Shown here: in pieces, positions 20,946-32,845 of the stretch
Numbering within the stretch: the stretch's first letter is position 1
Layout of the letters: each line of letters starts with the position of its first letter
NCBI GenBank assembly: GCA_044221725.1
Contig: JBGAON010000002.1
Span: forward strand, 512,001-576,000
Length of the DNA stretch: 64,000 nucleotides
Direction of reading: 5' to 3'
DNA from: Elusimicrobiota bacterium
GTDB taxonomy: Bacteria > Elusimicrobiota > Elusimicrobia > F11
Program-made: the position numbers and the translations under genes
The notes under the pieces: generated by a model
Told to the model about the DNA's origin: nothing
Database searches by the model: none
Seen by the model: only the letters and a program-made list of their open reading frames with translations

Positions 20946-23900
20946 ATGCACTTAAAGCGCCTAGACATTGTTGGTTTCAAATCCTTTGCCGATAACATCC
21001 GACTCGACCTTGAACCCGGTATTACTGCGATAGTAGGACCAAATGGCTGCGGCAAATCCAATATCATCGATGCGGTTCGCTGGTGCCTCGGCGAAATGTC
21101 CGCAAAGTCTCTCCGATCCAATCTTATGCTCGACGTGGTATTCAATGGATCCGGTGCGCGGCCGCCACAAAACATGGCCGAAGTGACACTCACGTTTGAT
21201 AACACCGACAAGAGACTACCGATTGATTTCAGCGAAGTTTCGATTTCACGTCGCTTGTTCCGCTCCGGCGAATCGGAATATTTCATCAACAAAACGCAGT
21301 GCCGATTGCGCGACATCAAAGAACTTTTCTTGGATACCGGAATGGGAGAAGACGGATATTCGTCTCTCGAGCAGGGGAAAGTTGAGTGGATTCTGCAAGC
21401 GAAGCCAGAAGAACGCCGCGAATTGTTCGAAGAAGCTGCCGGTGTTTCGAAATACCGTGCGCGGCGCGAAGAAGCGCTACGAAAACTGGAACGTGTCGAA
21501 ATCGATCTGTCTCGCCTCGCCGATATTATCTCCGTTACTTCCGACCAAATTCGCAAACTCGAAAACGCCGTTAATAAAGCAAAAACCTATCAGCGGATCC
21601 GCGAAGAACTAAAGACGATGGAAGTAAACGATTGGTTGCATCAGCTTTCCACCTCCGATACCGAGCTCATCGATGTGCGAGAGAAACTCGATAGCGCCCA
21701 GAAAAGCGCCGAGGAGTTGAATACGCAGTCTCATCAATTGGCCACCGAAGTGTCCGAACATCGCTTGATGCTGACGCAACTTGAAGAGGAGCTGCTGAGC
21801 GCCAACACAATCCTCAACACCATCGAATCGAATATCAAGATTGGCGAAGAACGCTTAAACAACGCGCGTCGACGCGACTCAGAAATTGAATCAACCCGGC
21901 AACATACCGAAGAAAATCTCGCGCGCGAGGAAGCTCGGTTGCGCGAGTTGAACGAACAGAAAAATGTGCTGGCGAAGACACTCGAGGAAATTGAACAAAC
22001 GGGTGCGCAAATTGAATCCGAATTCGCGCAATCGCAACAAATTTTTGAGCACAGCAAAGAACAATTGACCGTAAAAAGCCAAGAATCAAAAGAAATCCGC
22101 GATCGAATTTTATCGGGTGCCCAGAGACGGTCCCACTTGCAGGCGCAAATGAGCGCTCTCACGTCGGACGTGGCGCGGCTGTCATCGCAACTCGAAAACA
22201 TTGCTCGCGAAAAAGAAAAGGCGGCGCAACAACTGGCCGAGATCGAGCAAAAGCGTGCGATCGGCGAAACCCAGTCCAACGAACTCAAATCCTTGTTCGC
22301 ACAAAAATCGACGGAACTTGAAGAAATGACCACGGCGATTCGGACAATGGAAGAACAGGAATCGGCGTTGCGCTCACAGATTTTGACTCAAACCGAGGAA
22401 ATCGCGAAGATCAAAGGCCAAATCCATTCCATTCAGGATCAACAAACATCCGATCCCTACTTGGCAGGCGCCCAAGCGGTGCTTTCAGCAAATCTCGAAG
22501 GGATTTATGGCCCCATCGGCCGACTCATTCAAACCGAAGACGCGAACCGCGACATTGTGGCCGCCACGATTGGCGAACACTTGGGAGATCTCGTCGCCGA
22601 CACAATGGACGCGGCTCAACACGCGATCGATTTCCTGCACAACGAACGGAAGGGGCGGGTGCGCATTTGGATTCTTGAGAAGCTCGCCGCCGCAAACACC
22701 GGCAACCTCGGCACGCTCCCAACGGGACAAACGCTCTTAAGCTGCATCAAAACCGATTCGAAGTTTGAACCGCTGTTGCAACACCTGTACGCCTCTCTCT
22801 GGATCCAGGGCACCGCCGTTTACGGCCACGCCCTTGTGAACGGCGGCGTCGACCCATCCAAATGGAAAAGTCACATTTCGCATCGCATGCCAGAGCTCGA
22901 AAAAGCATTGGCGACGCACGAGAAATGGAAAGTGGAACTGGAAGAAAAATTGGTCGCGCTCGATCAACAAATGATTGAGACCGCCGCGAGAAAAGAAAGC
23001 GGCGTCAAAGAATTGGAAGAGTCTCGAATTCGATTGGAACTTGCGCTCGAGGAATTGTCGCGTGTCGCTTCCCAGAAGGCGTCGATTGAGCGTGAGCAAT
23101 CCGCCATTCTTTTGAACGAAGAGCGGATTATCAAAGATAAAGACCACGCGTCCCTTAAGCACGACGAATGCCTCGCGCAATTTAACGGTATTCAGAACGA
23201 AGAAAAAGACAATCACGATCGGTTGGAGCAACTGCAGCACGAACTGGCGGAAACGCAACAGGCGCACGCCACGGCGTCCGCGGACCTCGCGGCGCAACAG
23301 GGGAAACTAAAATCGCATCAGGAAAAAGTGAACTGGCAGCGTTCGATTGTGGATCACAACGATCGTGAGATTTCAAATATCGGTCAAACAGTCGAAAGAC
23401 ACCGCTTTTCTCTCGGCGAAATGGATTCGCAGCGCGAAGAAGCAAAGCTCGCGCAAACAGAAGCGACCGAACTCATCAATTCATCGCTCGCAAAACGGCA
23501 AGAAGCAGCCGATGCGTGCACGAACATTCAAACGAAGCGCGCCGAACTCACCGAGCAGGTGCAATCGAAAGAACAGGATCTTTCAAAGGTCCGCAGCGAA
23601 CTAAACGCGCTGCACGAATTGATTCAGAGTGAAATGCTGCGCGAAGCCAATATTAAAAATCGCGTGGAGACATTTACACAGAAGCTTCAGGACCAATACG
23701 AAATGACGTTGGACGCGGCCAAAGCACAGTTTGTGACCCCGGTCGCTGCCGATGTCGAGACACTCGAAAAGTTAAAGAAGCGCGTCGCTAACATGGGCCC
23801 CATCAATCTTGAAGCACCACAGGAGCACGCGGAATTGTCGGAGAAGAACACGTTCTTGACCACGCAGCAAGCGGATTTGCTGAAAGCGCGCGAAGACCTG

Positions 23901-24431
23901 AAACAAGTGATCGCAAAAATCAATTCCACAACGCGCGAACATTTCCGCGAGACATTCGACAAGGTCCGCGAGAACTTTCGCAATCTTTATGGAAAATTGT
24001 TCCAGGGCGGAGAAGCCGATCTCCGTTTCACCGACGAGAACGATATTCTCAACACCGGCGTCGATATTTTCTGTCAACCTCCAGGCAAAAAATTGCTGCA
24101 CATTTCTCTGCTCTCGGGCGGAGAAAAGGCGCTTACGGCGATCGCTCTTCTGTTTGCGTTCTTCCAAGTGCGCCCGTCACCGGTTGCGCTCTTGGACGAA
24201 GTCGACGCGCCCCTCGATGAAGCAAACGTTTTGCGCTACGTCGACATGATCAAGGTTTTTAGCGAAAAGAGTCAGTTCATGTTGATCAGTCACAACAAGC
24301 GCACAATGGAAGCGGCCAACACGCTGTACGGTGTGACGATGGAAGAGTTGGGCGTGTCCAAAGTGCTGTCGGCGCGCCTCGCAAAGAAACAAGTTGCAGA
24401 AGCGACCGCAACCGCTCCCGCGACCGCGTAA
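20946..24431 (+). CDS. smc: Chromosome segregation protein SMC
   Basis: GPNGCGKSN Walker A, long coiled coils, hinge, LSGGE signature and LDEVDAPLD. Confidence 0.95.
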   Translation: MHLKRLDIVGFKSFADNIRLDLEPGITAIVGPNGCGKSNIIDAVRWCLGEMSAKSLRSNLMLDVVFNGSGARPPQNMAEVTLTFDNTDKRLPIDFSEVSISRRLFRSGESEYFINKTQCRLRDIKELFLDTGMGEDGYSSLEQGKVEWILQAKPEERRELFEEAAGVSKYRARREEALRKLERVEIDLSRLADIISVTSDQIRKLENAVNKAKTYQRIREELKTMEVNDWLHQLSTSDTELIDVREKLDSAQKSAEELNTQSHQLATEVSEHRLMLTQLEEELLSANTILNTIESNIKIGEERLNNARRRDSEIESTRQHTEENLAREEARLRELNEQKNVLAKTLEEIEQTGAQIESEFAQSQQIFEHSKEQLTVKSQESKEIRDRILSGAQRRSHLQAQMSALTSDVARLSSQLENIAREKEKAAQQLAEIEQKRAIGETQSNELKSLFAQKSTELEEMTTAIRTMEEQESALRSQILTQTEEIAKIKGQIHSIQDQQTSDPYLAGAQAVLSANLEGIYGPIGRLIQTEDANRDIVAATIGEHLGDLVADTMDAAQHAIDFLHNERKGRVRIWILEKLAAANTGNLGTLPTGQTLLSCIKTDSKFEPLLQHLYASLWIQGTAVYGHALVNGGVDPSKWKSHISHRMPELEKALATHEKWKVELEEKLVALDQQMIETAARKESGVKELEESRIRLELALEELSRVASQKASIEREQSAILLNEERIIKDKDHASLKHDECLAQFNGIQNEEKDNHDRLEQLQHELAETQQAHATASADLAAQQGKLKSHQEKVNWQRSIVDHNDREISNIGQTVERHRFSLGEMDSQREEAKLAQTEATELINSSLAKRQEAADACTNIQTKRAELTEQVQSKEQDLSKVRSELNALHELIQSEMLREANIKNRVETFTQKLQDQYEMTLDAAKAQFVTPVAADVETLEKLKKRVANMGPINLEAPQEHAELSEKNTFLTTQQADLLKAREDLKQVIAKINSTTREHFRETFDKVRENFRNLYGKLFQGGEADLRFTDENDILNTGVDIFCQPPGKKLLHISLLSGGEKALTAIALLFAFFQVRPSPVALLDEVDAPLDEANVLRYVDMIKVFSEKSQFMLISHNKRTMEAANTLYGVTMEELGVSKVLSARLAKKQVAEATATAPATA

Positions 24432-25191
24432 CCGCCTGCAACGCCAAACCATATCTTCAATTAACATTCTCGGCACCCACGTGCATAAAGTGGGGGAGAC
24501 TGAGTTGTTCGCCCTGTTGGAAACTTGGCTTCGTTCGGATTCCGTACACCAAGTTGTTACGGCCAACGCGTTATTGGTGGTCGAAGCGCAAACAGATTCA
24601 ACACTCAAAGATGTTTGTTCGTCGGCGTCGATTGTTGTTCCGGAATCCGCCGGCATCGACTGGGCCGCGAACAGACTGGGTGACGCGTTTCCGTTCGCCA
24701 TCGCCGGAATCGATCTGGCTTATACGCTTTGTCAGAAAGCTTCCAATTTATCGGTTCCGATCTATCTGTTTGGCGGCGGACCCGGTGTTGCCGATGCCGC
24801 GGCACAAAAACTTTCCACGGAAATTCCTGGGCTCACCATCGGAGGAACTTCATCCGGTTTCCTAGATCAGCATCAAGAAGAACTGATAATCAATGAAATA
24901 AAAAAATCTGGCGCGCGTCTTGTTCTTGTGGCGCTGGGAATGCCGCGGCAAGATAATTGGATACATGAGAACCGTTACCGGCTGCCGCCGGCTGTTTATA
25001 TTGGGGTGGGAGGAACCTTCGATGTTTGGGCCGGACGCGTGAAACGCGCTCCAAAATGGATGCGAAATCGCCGCCTGGAATGGCTTTACCGGTTGCTGCA
25101 GGAACCTTCCCGTTGGCGGCGCATGGCACGCTTGCCGGGCTTTGCGCTCGCTGTTTTCCGACAAAAATTTGATACCATTTCGCGACGCTAA
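24394..25191 (+). CDS. WecB/TagA/CpsF-family glycosyltransferase (start codon uncertain)
   Basis: VVTAN, ALGMPRQ, GVGGTFD and RAPKW...LEWLYRL.QEP.R motifs. Confidence 0.85.
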   Translation: MQKRPQPLPRPRNRLQRQTISSINILGTHVHKVGETELFALLETWLRSDSVHQVVTANALLVVEAQTDSTLKDVCSSASIVVPESAGIDWAANRLGDAFPFAIAGIDLAYTLCQKASNLSVPIYLFGGGPGVADAAAQKLSTEIPGLTIGGTSSGFLDQHQEELIINEIKKSGARLVLVALGMPRQDNWIHENRYRLPPAVYIGVGGTFDVWAGRVKRAPKWMRNRRLEWLYRLLQEPSRWRRMARLPGFALAVFRQKFDTISRR

Positions 25192-25209
25192 GGCTTGAAC
25201 AAGCCAAAC

Positions 25210-25247
25210 GGGCGATCCCCCACGCGGGTGATTGCCCTATTTTTTTC
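25210..25247 (+). terminator. Probable intrinsic terminator before rpmB
   Basis: GGGCGATC...GATTGCCC hairpin followed by TATTTTTTT. Confidence 0.55.
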
Positions 25248-25262
25248 TAAGGGGATTTTTAT

Positions 25263-25517
25263 ATGTCCAAACGATGTGATTTGACCGGCGTTGGCCCAAT
25301 GTCCGGTATGAACGTTTCGCACTCCAACCGCCACACGAAACGGCGTTGGGAACCGAATTTGAAAAAGAAACGAATTTTCGTTGCTGAAGAAAATCGCTGG
25401 ATCACTGTGAAACTCACAACCGGCGCACTGAAGACGCTTACGAAGAAAGGCCTCAAGTCTGTCGAAAAAATGAAGGCCCGCGTCATCCGCCAGAATCCCA
25501 GCCTGAAACACGTTTAA
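25263..25517 (+). CDS. rpmB: 50S ribosomal protein L28
   Basis: MSKRCDLTG...G.NVSHS...TKRRW.PNL. Confidence 0.95.
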   Translation: MSKRCDLTGVGPMSGMNVSHSNRHTKRRWEPNLKKKRIFVAEENRWITVKLTTGALKTLTKKGLKSVEKMKARVIRQNPSLKHV

Positions 25518-25549
25518 CAGTTTCATTTCTCGTCACGCCCTCGCGCTTT

Positions 25550-26506
25550 TTGCCCGTTATGAAAAAGTCCGATGCTTTCTATATGCAACGCGCATTGGAC
25601 CTTGCAGCAAAAGGCAAGCTGCGCGCCCACCCCAACCCTTGTGTTGGTTGCGTGATTGTTAAAAACGGAAAAGTTCTAGCCGAAGGCTACCACGAATATT
25701 ATGGCGGCCCGCACGCCGAAGTTGTCGCGCTCGAGAGCGTTGGAACGCGTGCTCGCGGCGCAACAATGTACGTAACCTTGGAACCCTGCACGCATTGGGG
25801 AAAAACGCCGCCATGCGCACCGCTCGTGGCGCGCTCCGGCGTGAAGCGGGTCGTGGTGGCAATGAAAGATCCGAATGAAATCGTTGCTGGACGTGGAATT
25901 GCCTATTTGAAGAAAGCCCGCATCCGCGTTCAGGTTGGCGTTAAAGAAGCCGCCGCGCGCGATTTAAATCGCAGCTTCGTGACGTGGATGACAAAGAAAC
26001 GCCCCTACGTGATTCTCAAGATGGCCACAACACTGGACGGAAAAATCGCCACGCGTTCCGGTGAATCCAAATGGATTTCAAGCGAAATGTCTCGCAAACT
26101 CGTTCACCGATTGCGCGCCGAATCGGAAGCTGTTCTCGTCGGTGCGCGGACGGCCCGTCTCGACAAACCGGCTCTTACCAGCCACGGCCAGGGACGCGAC
26201 CCTCACCGCATTGTTTGGAATGGAAAAGGTTCTGTTAAAAAACTGCTTCGGCGGCTCGCAACAAATTCGGTTTCGCAACTGCTGGTGGAAGGCGGCGGGG
26301 AAACCGCGTGGCGCTTTCTAAAAGAAAAATGCGTGGACGAGATTTATTTTTTTATAGCGCCGAAAATCATTGGCGGTCGAACCGCTAAAACGGCGGTCGA
26401 AGGAGAAGGGTTTCGACACATGAACGAAGCGTTGCCGATTTTGAACCTTTCCGTCTCGCGCATCAGCAATGACTTGTTGCTGCACGGTACCATGAAGGCG
26501 GCCTAA
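25550..26506 (+). CDS. ribD: Riboflavin biosynthesis deaminase/reductase RibD (short reductase domain)
   Basis: PNP.VG, HAE, TLEPC.H...PPC, K.A.TLDG and VEGG motifs. Confidence 0.92.
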   Translation: MPVMKKSDAFYMQRALDLAAKGKLRAHPNPCVGCVIVKNGKVLAEGYHEYYGGPHAEVVALESVGTRARGATMYVTLEPCTHWGKTPPCAPLVARSGVKRVVVAMKDPNEIVAGRGIAYLKKARIRVQVGVKEAAARDLNRSFVTWMTKKRPYVILKMATTLDGKIATRSGESKWISSEMSRKLVHRLRAESEAVLVGARTARLDKPALTSHGQGRDPHRIVWNGKGSVKKLLRRLATNSVSQLLVEGGGETAWRFLKEKCVDEIYFFIAPKIIGGRTAKTAVEGEGFRHMNEALPILNLSVSRISNDLLLHGTMKAA

Positions 26507-27090
26507 TGTTCTCCGGACTCGTTCAACATATTGGCACGATCGTTTCAAACCATCGGAACCGGATTTCGGTTCGCGTTGTTCTACCGAAAACAAAACTCGG
26601 CGACAGCGTGGCATTGAACGGTATTTGTTTAACCGTGACGCGCCTCGCACGCTCCGGAAAAGAAAACGAACTTGCGTTTGATGTTTCAAAAGAGACGCAA
26701 CGCAAAACAACCATCGACAATTGGAAGCCGGGACTGCATGTGAATGTCGAGCGGGCGTTGCGCGCAACCGACGCGCTCGGAGGCCACATTGTGCAGGGCC
26801 ACGTGGACGGCGTTGGGCGTCTTGCGAAGATTGTGGACGTATCGGGCTCGAAGGAATATTGGTTCCAGTGTCCGAGAGCGATTTCTCGTTACATTGTTCC
26901 GAAAGGTTCGGTGACCGTGGATGGCGTGAGCTTGACGGCCGTGAAGGTATCAAACAAAGCCTTTTCGGTGGCCCTGATTCCTTACACGCTGACGCACACG
27001 AATCTTGGAAAACTAAAGAAGGGAGACAGCGTCAATTTGGAAGCCGACATTATGGGAAAATACGTCTCTAAATATTTGCGACAAAAATGA
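26506..27090 (+). CDS. ribE: Riboflavin synthase
   Basis: MFSGLV, GDSVALNG.CLT and GGHIVQGHVD motifs. Confidence 0.93.
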   Translation: MFSGLVQHIGTIVSNHRNRISVRVVLPKTKLGDSVALNGICLTVTRLARSGKENELAFDVSKETQRKTTIDNWKPGLHVNVERALRATDALGGHIVQGHVDGVGRLAKIVDVSGSKEYWFQCPRAISRYIVPKGSVTVDGVSLTAVKVSNKAFSVALIPYTLTHTNLGKLKKGDSVNLEADIMGKYVSKYLRQK

Positions 27091-28292
27091 AACCGACCTT
27101 TTCATCCATACCAGAAGCCATCAAACATATTCGACAGGGGAAAATGATCATCGTCGTCGATGATCCCGACCGTGAAAACGAAGGGGATTTGATCATTGCG
27201 GCCGAAAAGGCGACACCCACCGCGATTAACTTTATGGCGCGCCACGGACGTGGCCTAATTTGCGTGCCAATGATGGGAGATCGTCTCGATAAACTTGGGC
27301 TTACCCCCATGGTAAATGTGAACACGGAACTTCGGGAAGCGGCGTTCACCGTGAGTGTTGATGTTAAAAAAGGAACCTCCACAGGAATCTCCGCCGCCGA
27401 TCGTGCGAAAACGATCCTTGCGTTGATTGATAACAAAACAAAAGCGGACGATCTCGCGAAACCGGGACATGTGTTTCCGCTGCGCGCCCGAGCCGGGGGC
27501 GTGCTTGTTCGCACCGGACATACCGAAGCCGGCGTCGATTTGGCGCGGCTCGCCGGTCTCGCGCCCGCCGCTGTGATTTGCGAGATTATGAGCCCCAACG
27601 GTTCGATGGCCCGCTTGCCCGCTCTTCTTAAGATGGCCAAGCGTCACAAATTGCCGATCATCACAATCCGCGATCTCATTTCGTACCGTCGCCATCATGA
27701 AAAGCTCGTGAAAAGGTTGGTTACAGCGCGGCTGCCCACGCAAGCCGGCGAATTCGATTTGCATCTCTACGAAGACGAAGTTCTTGGGGAACATCACGTG
27801 GCGCTTGTAAAAGGAAGCGTGGATGGCGAGAAGGACGTGCTTGTCCGTGTGCATTCCTCATGCTTCACGGGCGACGTGTTGCATTCCTTGCGCTGCGACT
27901 GCGGCGATCAGCTGCGAACGGCACTTGACATGATTCAGCACGAGAAGCGCGGTGTGGTTCTTTACATGCATCAAGAAGGACGGGGTATTGGCCTTATGAA
28001 CAAACTGCACGCCTACGTGCTGCAAGACAAAGGACTCGACACCGTTCAAGCAAATTTGAAATTGGGTTTTCCGGCGGATCTGCGCGATTACGGTATCGGT
28101 GCACAAATCTTGAGTGACCTTGGCCTTTCGACGATTCATTTGATAACAAACAATCCGCGGAAGATTGTGGGGCTGGATGGTTACGGTTTGCGCGTAACGA
28201 AGCGGGTATCTCTCGTGATTCCGCCGAACAAATTGAACGCTCGGTATTTGGCCACAAAGAAAAAGAAACTGGGACATCTGCTACCAAAATGA
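27087..28292 (+). CDS. ribBA: DHBP synthase / GTP cyclohydrolase II
   Basis: DRENEGD, GHTE, RVHS.C.TGD...S.RCDCG and QEGRGIG motifs. Confidence 0.95.
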   Translation: MKPTFSSIPEAIKHIRQGKMIIVVDDPDRENEGDLIIAAEKATPTAINFMARHGRGLICVPMMGDRLDKLGLTPMVNVNTELREAAFTVSVDVKKGTSTGISAADRAKTILALIDNKTKADDLAKPGHVFPLRARAGGVLVRTGHTEAGVDLARLAGLAPAAVICEIMSPNGSMARLPALLKMAKRHKLPIITIRDLISYRRHHEKLVKRLVTARLPTQAGEFDLHLYEDEVLGEHHVALVKGSVDGEKDVLVRVHSSCFTGDVLHSLRCDCGDQLRTALDMIQHEKRGVVLYMHQEGRGIGLMNKLHAYVLQDKGLDTVQANLKLGFPADLRDYGIGAQILSDLGLSTIHLITNNPRKIVGLDGYGLRVTKRVSLVIPPNKLNARYLATKKKKLGHLLPK

Positions 28293-28732
28293 AAAAAGCC
28301 ATTCGTGTTGCGATCACTGTTTCCAAATTTAATTCGGAGATCACAAACAATCTTCTCGATTGTTGCGTGAGCGAGCTTGCGCACTCGGGTGTAAAGCGAT
28401 CCGATATTAATATTGTGTGGGTTCCGGGCGCGTACGAATTGCCGTTTGCGGCGGACCAACTGGCAAGTTCTAAAAAATTTGACGCTGTTATTTGCCTCGG
28501 CTGTGTCATCAAAGGGGAAACATCGCACGATTTGCACGTGGCTTCCTGGGCGGCGAACGGAATCGGACAGGTCGGTCTCAAAACGGGTGTTCCGACGTTG
28601 TTCGGCGTGCTCACACCAAATTCTCAGGAACAAGCGATCGAACGTTCAAAACCCGGTGAGCTCAATCGCGGCAAAGAAGTGGCCGAAGCAGCAATAGAAA
28701 TGATCCGGCTGAACCGCGCGGGATTTCGTTAA
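28289..28732 (+). CDS. ribH: Lumazine synthase
   Basis: VPGAYELP, G.VIKGET.H and FGVLT motifs. Confidence 0.93.
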   Translation: MKKAIRVAITVSKFNSEITNNLLDCCVSELAHSGVKRSDINIVWVPGAYELPFAADQLASSKKFDAVICLGCVIKGETSHDLHVASWAANGIGQVGLKTGVPTLFGVLTPNSQEQAIERSKPGELNRGKEVAEAAIEMIRLNRAGFR

Positions 28733-28734
28733 TT

Positions 28735-31171
<2,437 letters not shown>

Positions 31172-31184
31172 GGAGGTTTTTTCC

Positions 31185-32738
31185 ATGGCCGTCATTCGTC
31201 GCGCGTTGCTTTCTGTTACCGATAAAAATGGTGTCGTTGATTTGGCGCACCGGTTGTCGGATCTTGGGGCTGAAATTGTTTCGACCGGAGGAACAGCCAG
31301 CATATTGCGGCAAGCCGAAATTGGAGTTACCGAAGTTTCCGCGCTCACCGGTTTTCCAGAAATTCTTGATGGTCGCGTAAAAACCCTCCATCCAAAAGTT
31401 TTCGGCGGTCTTTTGGGACTGCCCGACAAACCCGAACATGCCAACGCAATGGAAACACACGGTATCGCACCGTTCGACTTGATCGCGGTGAACCTTTACC
31501 CGTTCGAGAAGGTCATCCAAGGAAAATCGATGGAAGATGACGAACTTGTGGAGTTTATCGACATCGGCGGTGTGGCGCTCCTGCGCGCGGCCGCGAAAAA
31601 CTACAAGCACGTGCTCGTGCTGTGCGATCCGAACGATTACGGTTTGGTGCTCCAAGAAATCCAAAATCCGCTCGGCATCACCGAAAAACTGCGCCAAAAA
31701 CTCGCTGTTAAGGCCTTCGCCCACACCGCGCATTACGATGCCGTGATTTCGTCGCACATGAAGGCACGCTGGGAAATCAAAGAGAAGTTCGCTGATGAAA
31801 TGACAGTTGGTCTGCGCAAATTAAAAACGCTGCGCTACGGGGAAAATCCGCACCAGGAAGCGGCCGTGTATCGCGAATCCGGGACGCCGGCGTGGGGCGT
31901 GGTTTCGGCGAACGTCCTTCAAGGGAAAGAGATTTCGTTTAACAATTATTTGGATTGCGAAGCAGCTTGGCAGGTGGCGCTCAGCTTTACGGAGCCTGTG
32001 TGCGTGATCATCAAGCACAACAATCCGTGCGGCGTTGCGACCGCTCTCACACCGGCCGAAGCGTACCGCTGGGCGCTCATGTGCGACCCGGTGAGCGCGT
32101 TTGGCGGCATCATTGGTTTTAATCGCGCGGTGGATCGCGAAACGGCCGAAGAGGTGAGCAAGCTTTTCGTTGAGTGCGTGATTGCCCCCAGTTATCACCC
32201 CGAAGCGCTGGAAATTTTTAAAGCGAAGAAAAATGTTCGCCTGCTGGAGCAACCGACACTTTTATCAGCGCCGTATCAATCGGACGTTCGTCGTATCTCG
32301 GGCGGTTATCTCGTGCAAGATATGGATGTTCTATCCGGTGCCGAATTTAGAGTTGTCACCAAACGTCAACCAACAGAAACCGAACGCGCATCGCTTGATT
32401 TTTCGTGGCGCATTGCGAAACATGTGAAGTCGAACGCGATCGTGCTTGCACGCGGTCGGCAAACGGTTGGCATTGGCGCAGGTCAAATGTCGCGCATCGA
32501 CAGCATCAAGATTGCGTCGATCAAAATGAAACAAGCGAAGTTGGACGTGGGAGAATCGCTCGTGATGGCATCCGATGCGTTCTTCCCGTTTCGAGATGTC
32601 GTTGATGAAGCAGCGAAAATCGGCGTGACCGCCATCATTCAACCGGGCGGCTCGATTCGCGACAACGAATCCATTCAAGCGGCGGACGAACACGGAATAG
32701 CCATGGTGTTCACCGGCACGCGCCACTTTAAACATTAA
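31185..32738 (+). CDS. purH: Bifunctional AICAR transformylase/IMP cyclohydrolase
   Basis: GRVKTLHP, LRYGENPHQ, KSNAI and ASDAFFPF motifs. Confidence 0.95.
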   Translation: MAVIRRALLSVTDKNGVVDLAHRLSDLGAEIVSTGGTASILRQAEIGVTEVSALTGFPEILDGRVKTLHPKVFGGLLGLPDKPEHANAMETHGIAPFDLIAVNLYPFEKVIQGKSMEDDELVEFIDIGGVALLRAAAKNYKHVLVLCDPNDYGLVLQEIQNPLGITEKLRQKLAVKAFAHTAHYDAVISSHMKARWEIKEKFADEMTVGLRKLKTLRYGENPHQEAAVYRESGTPAWGVVSANVLQGKEISFNNYLDCEAAWQVALSFTEPVCVIIKHNNPCGVATALTPAEAYRWALMCDPVSAFGGIIGFNRAVDRETAEEVSKLFVECVIAPSYHPEALEIFKAKKNVRLLEQPTLLSAPYQSDVRRISGGYLVQDMDVLSGAEFRVVTKRQPTETERASLDFSWRIAKHVKSNAIVLARGRQTVGIGAGQMSRIDSIKIASIKMKQAKLDVGESLVMASDAFFPFRDVVDEAAKIGVTAIIQPGGSIRDNESIQAADEHGIAMVFTGTRHFKH

Positions 32739-32763
32739 TGAAGGAAGCCGTCGCCGTGAACGC

Positions 32764-32826
32764 GTCATCCTGGCAGGTCTTAAGCCAGGATCCATTTTAG
32801 CCCTGGATTGAGCCATTCCAGGCGAC
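32764..32826. repeat. Palindromic element family A between purH and alaS
   Basis: GTCATCCTGGCAGGTCTTAAGCCAGGATCCA...CCCTGGATTGAGCCATTCCAGGCGAC. Confidence 0.8.
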
Positions 32827-32845
32827 GATTCACTAACGAATTAAT

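Noticed and set aside
25518..25549. FMN riboswitch upstream of the rib operon
   Set aside because: The gap is only about 30 bp and contains no RFN-like sequence.
32739..32845. T-box leader before alaS
   Set aside because: It is too short, has no T-box motif, and its structure is explained by a family-A palindrome.
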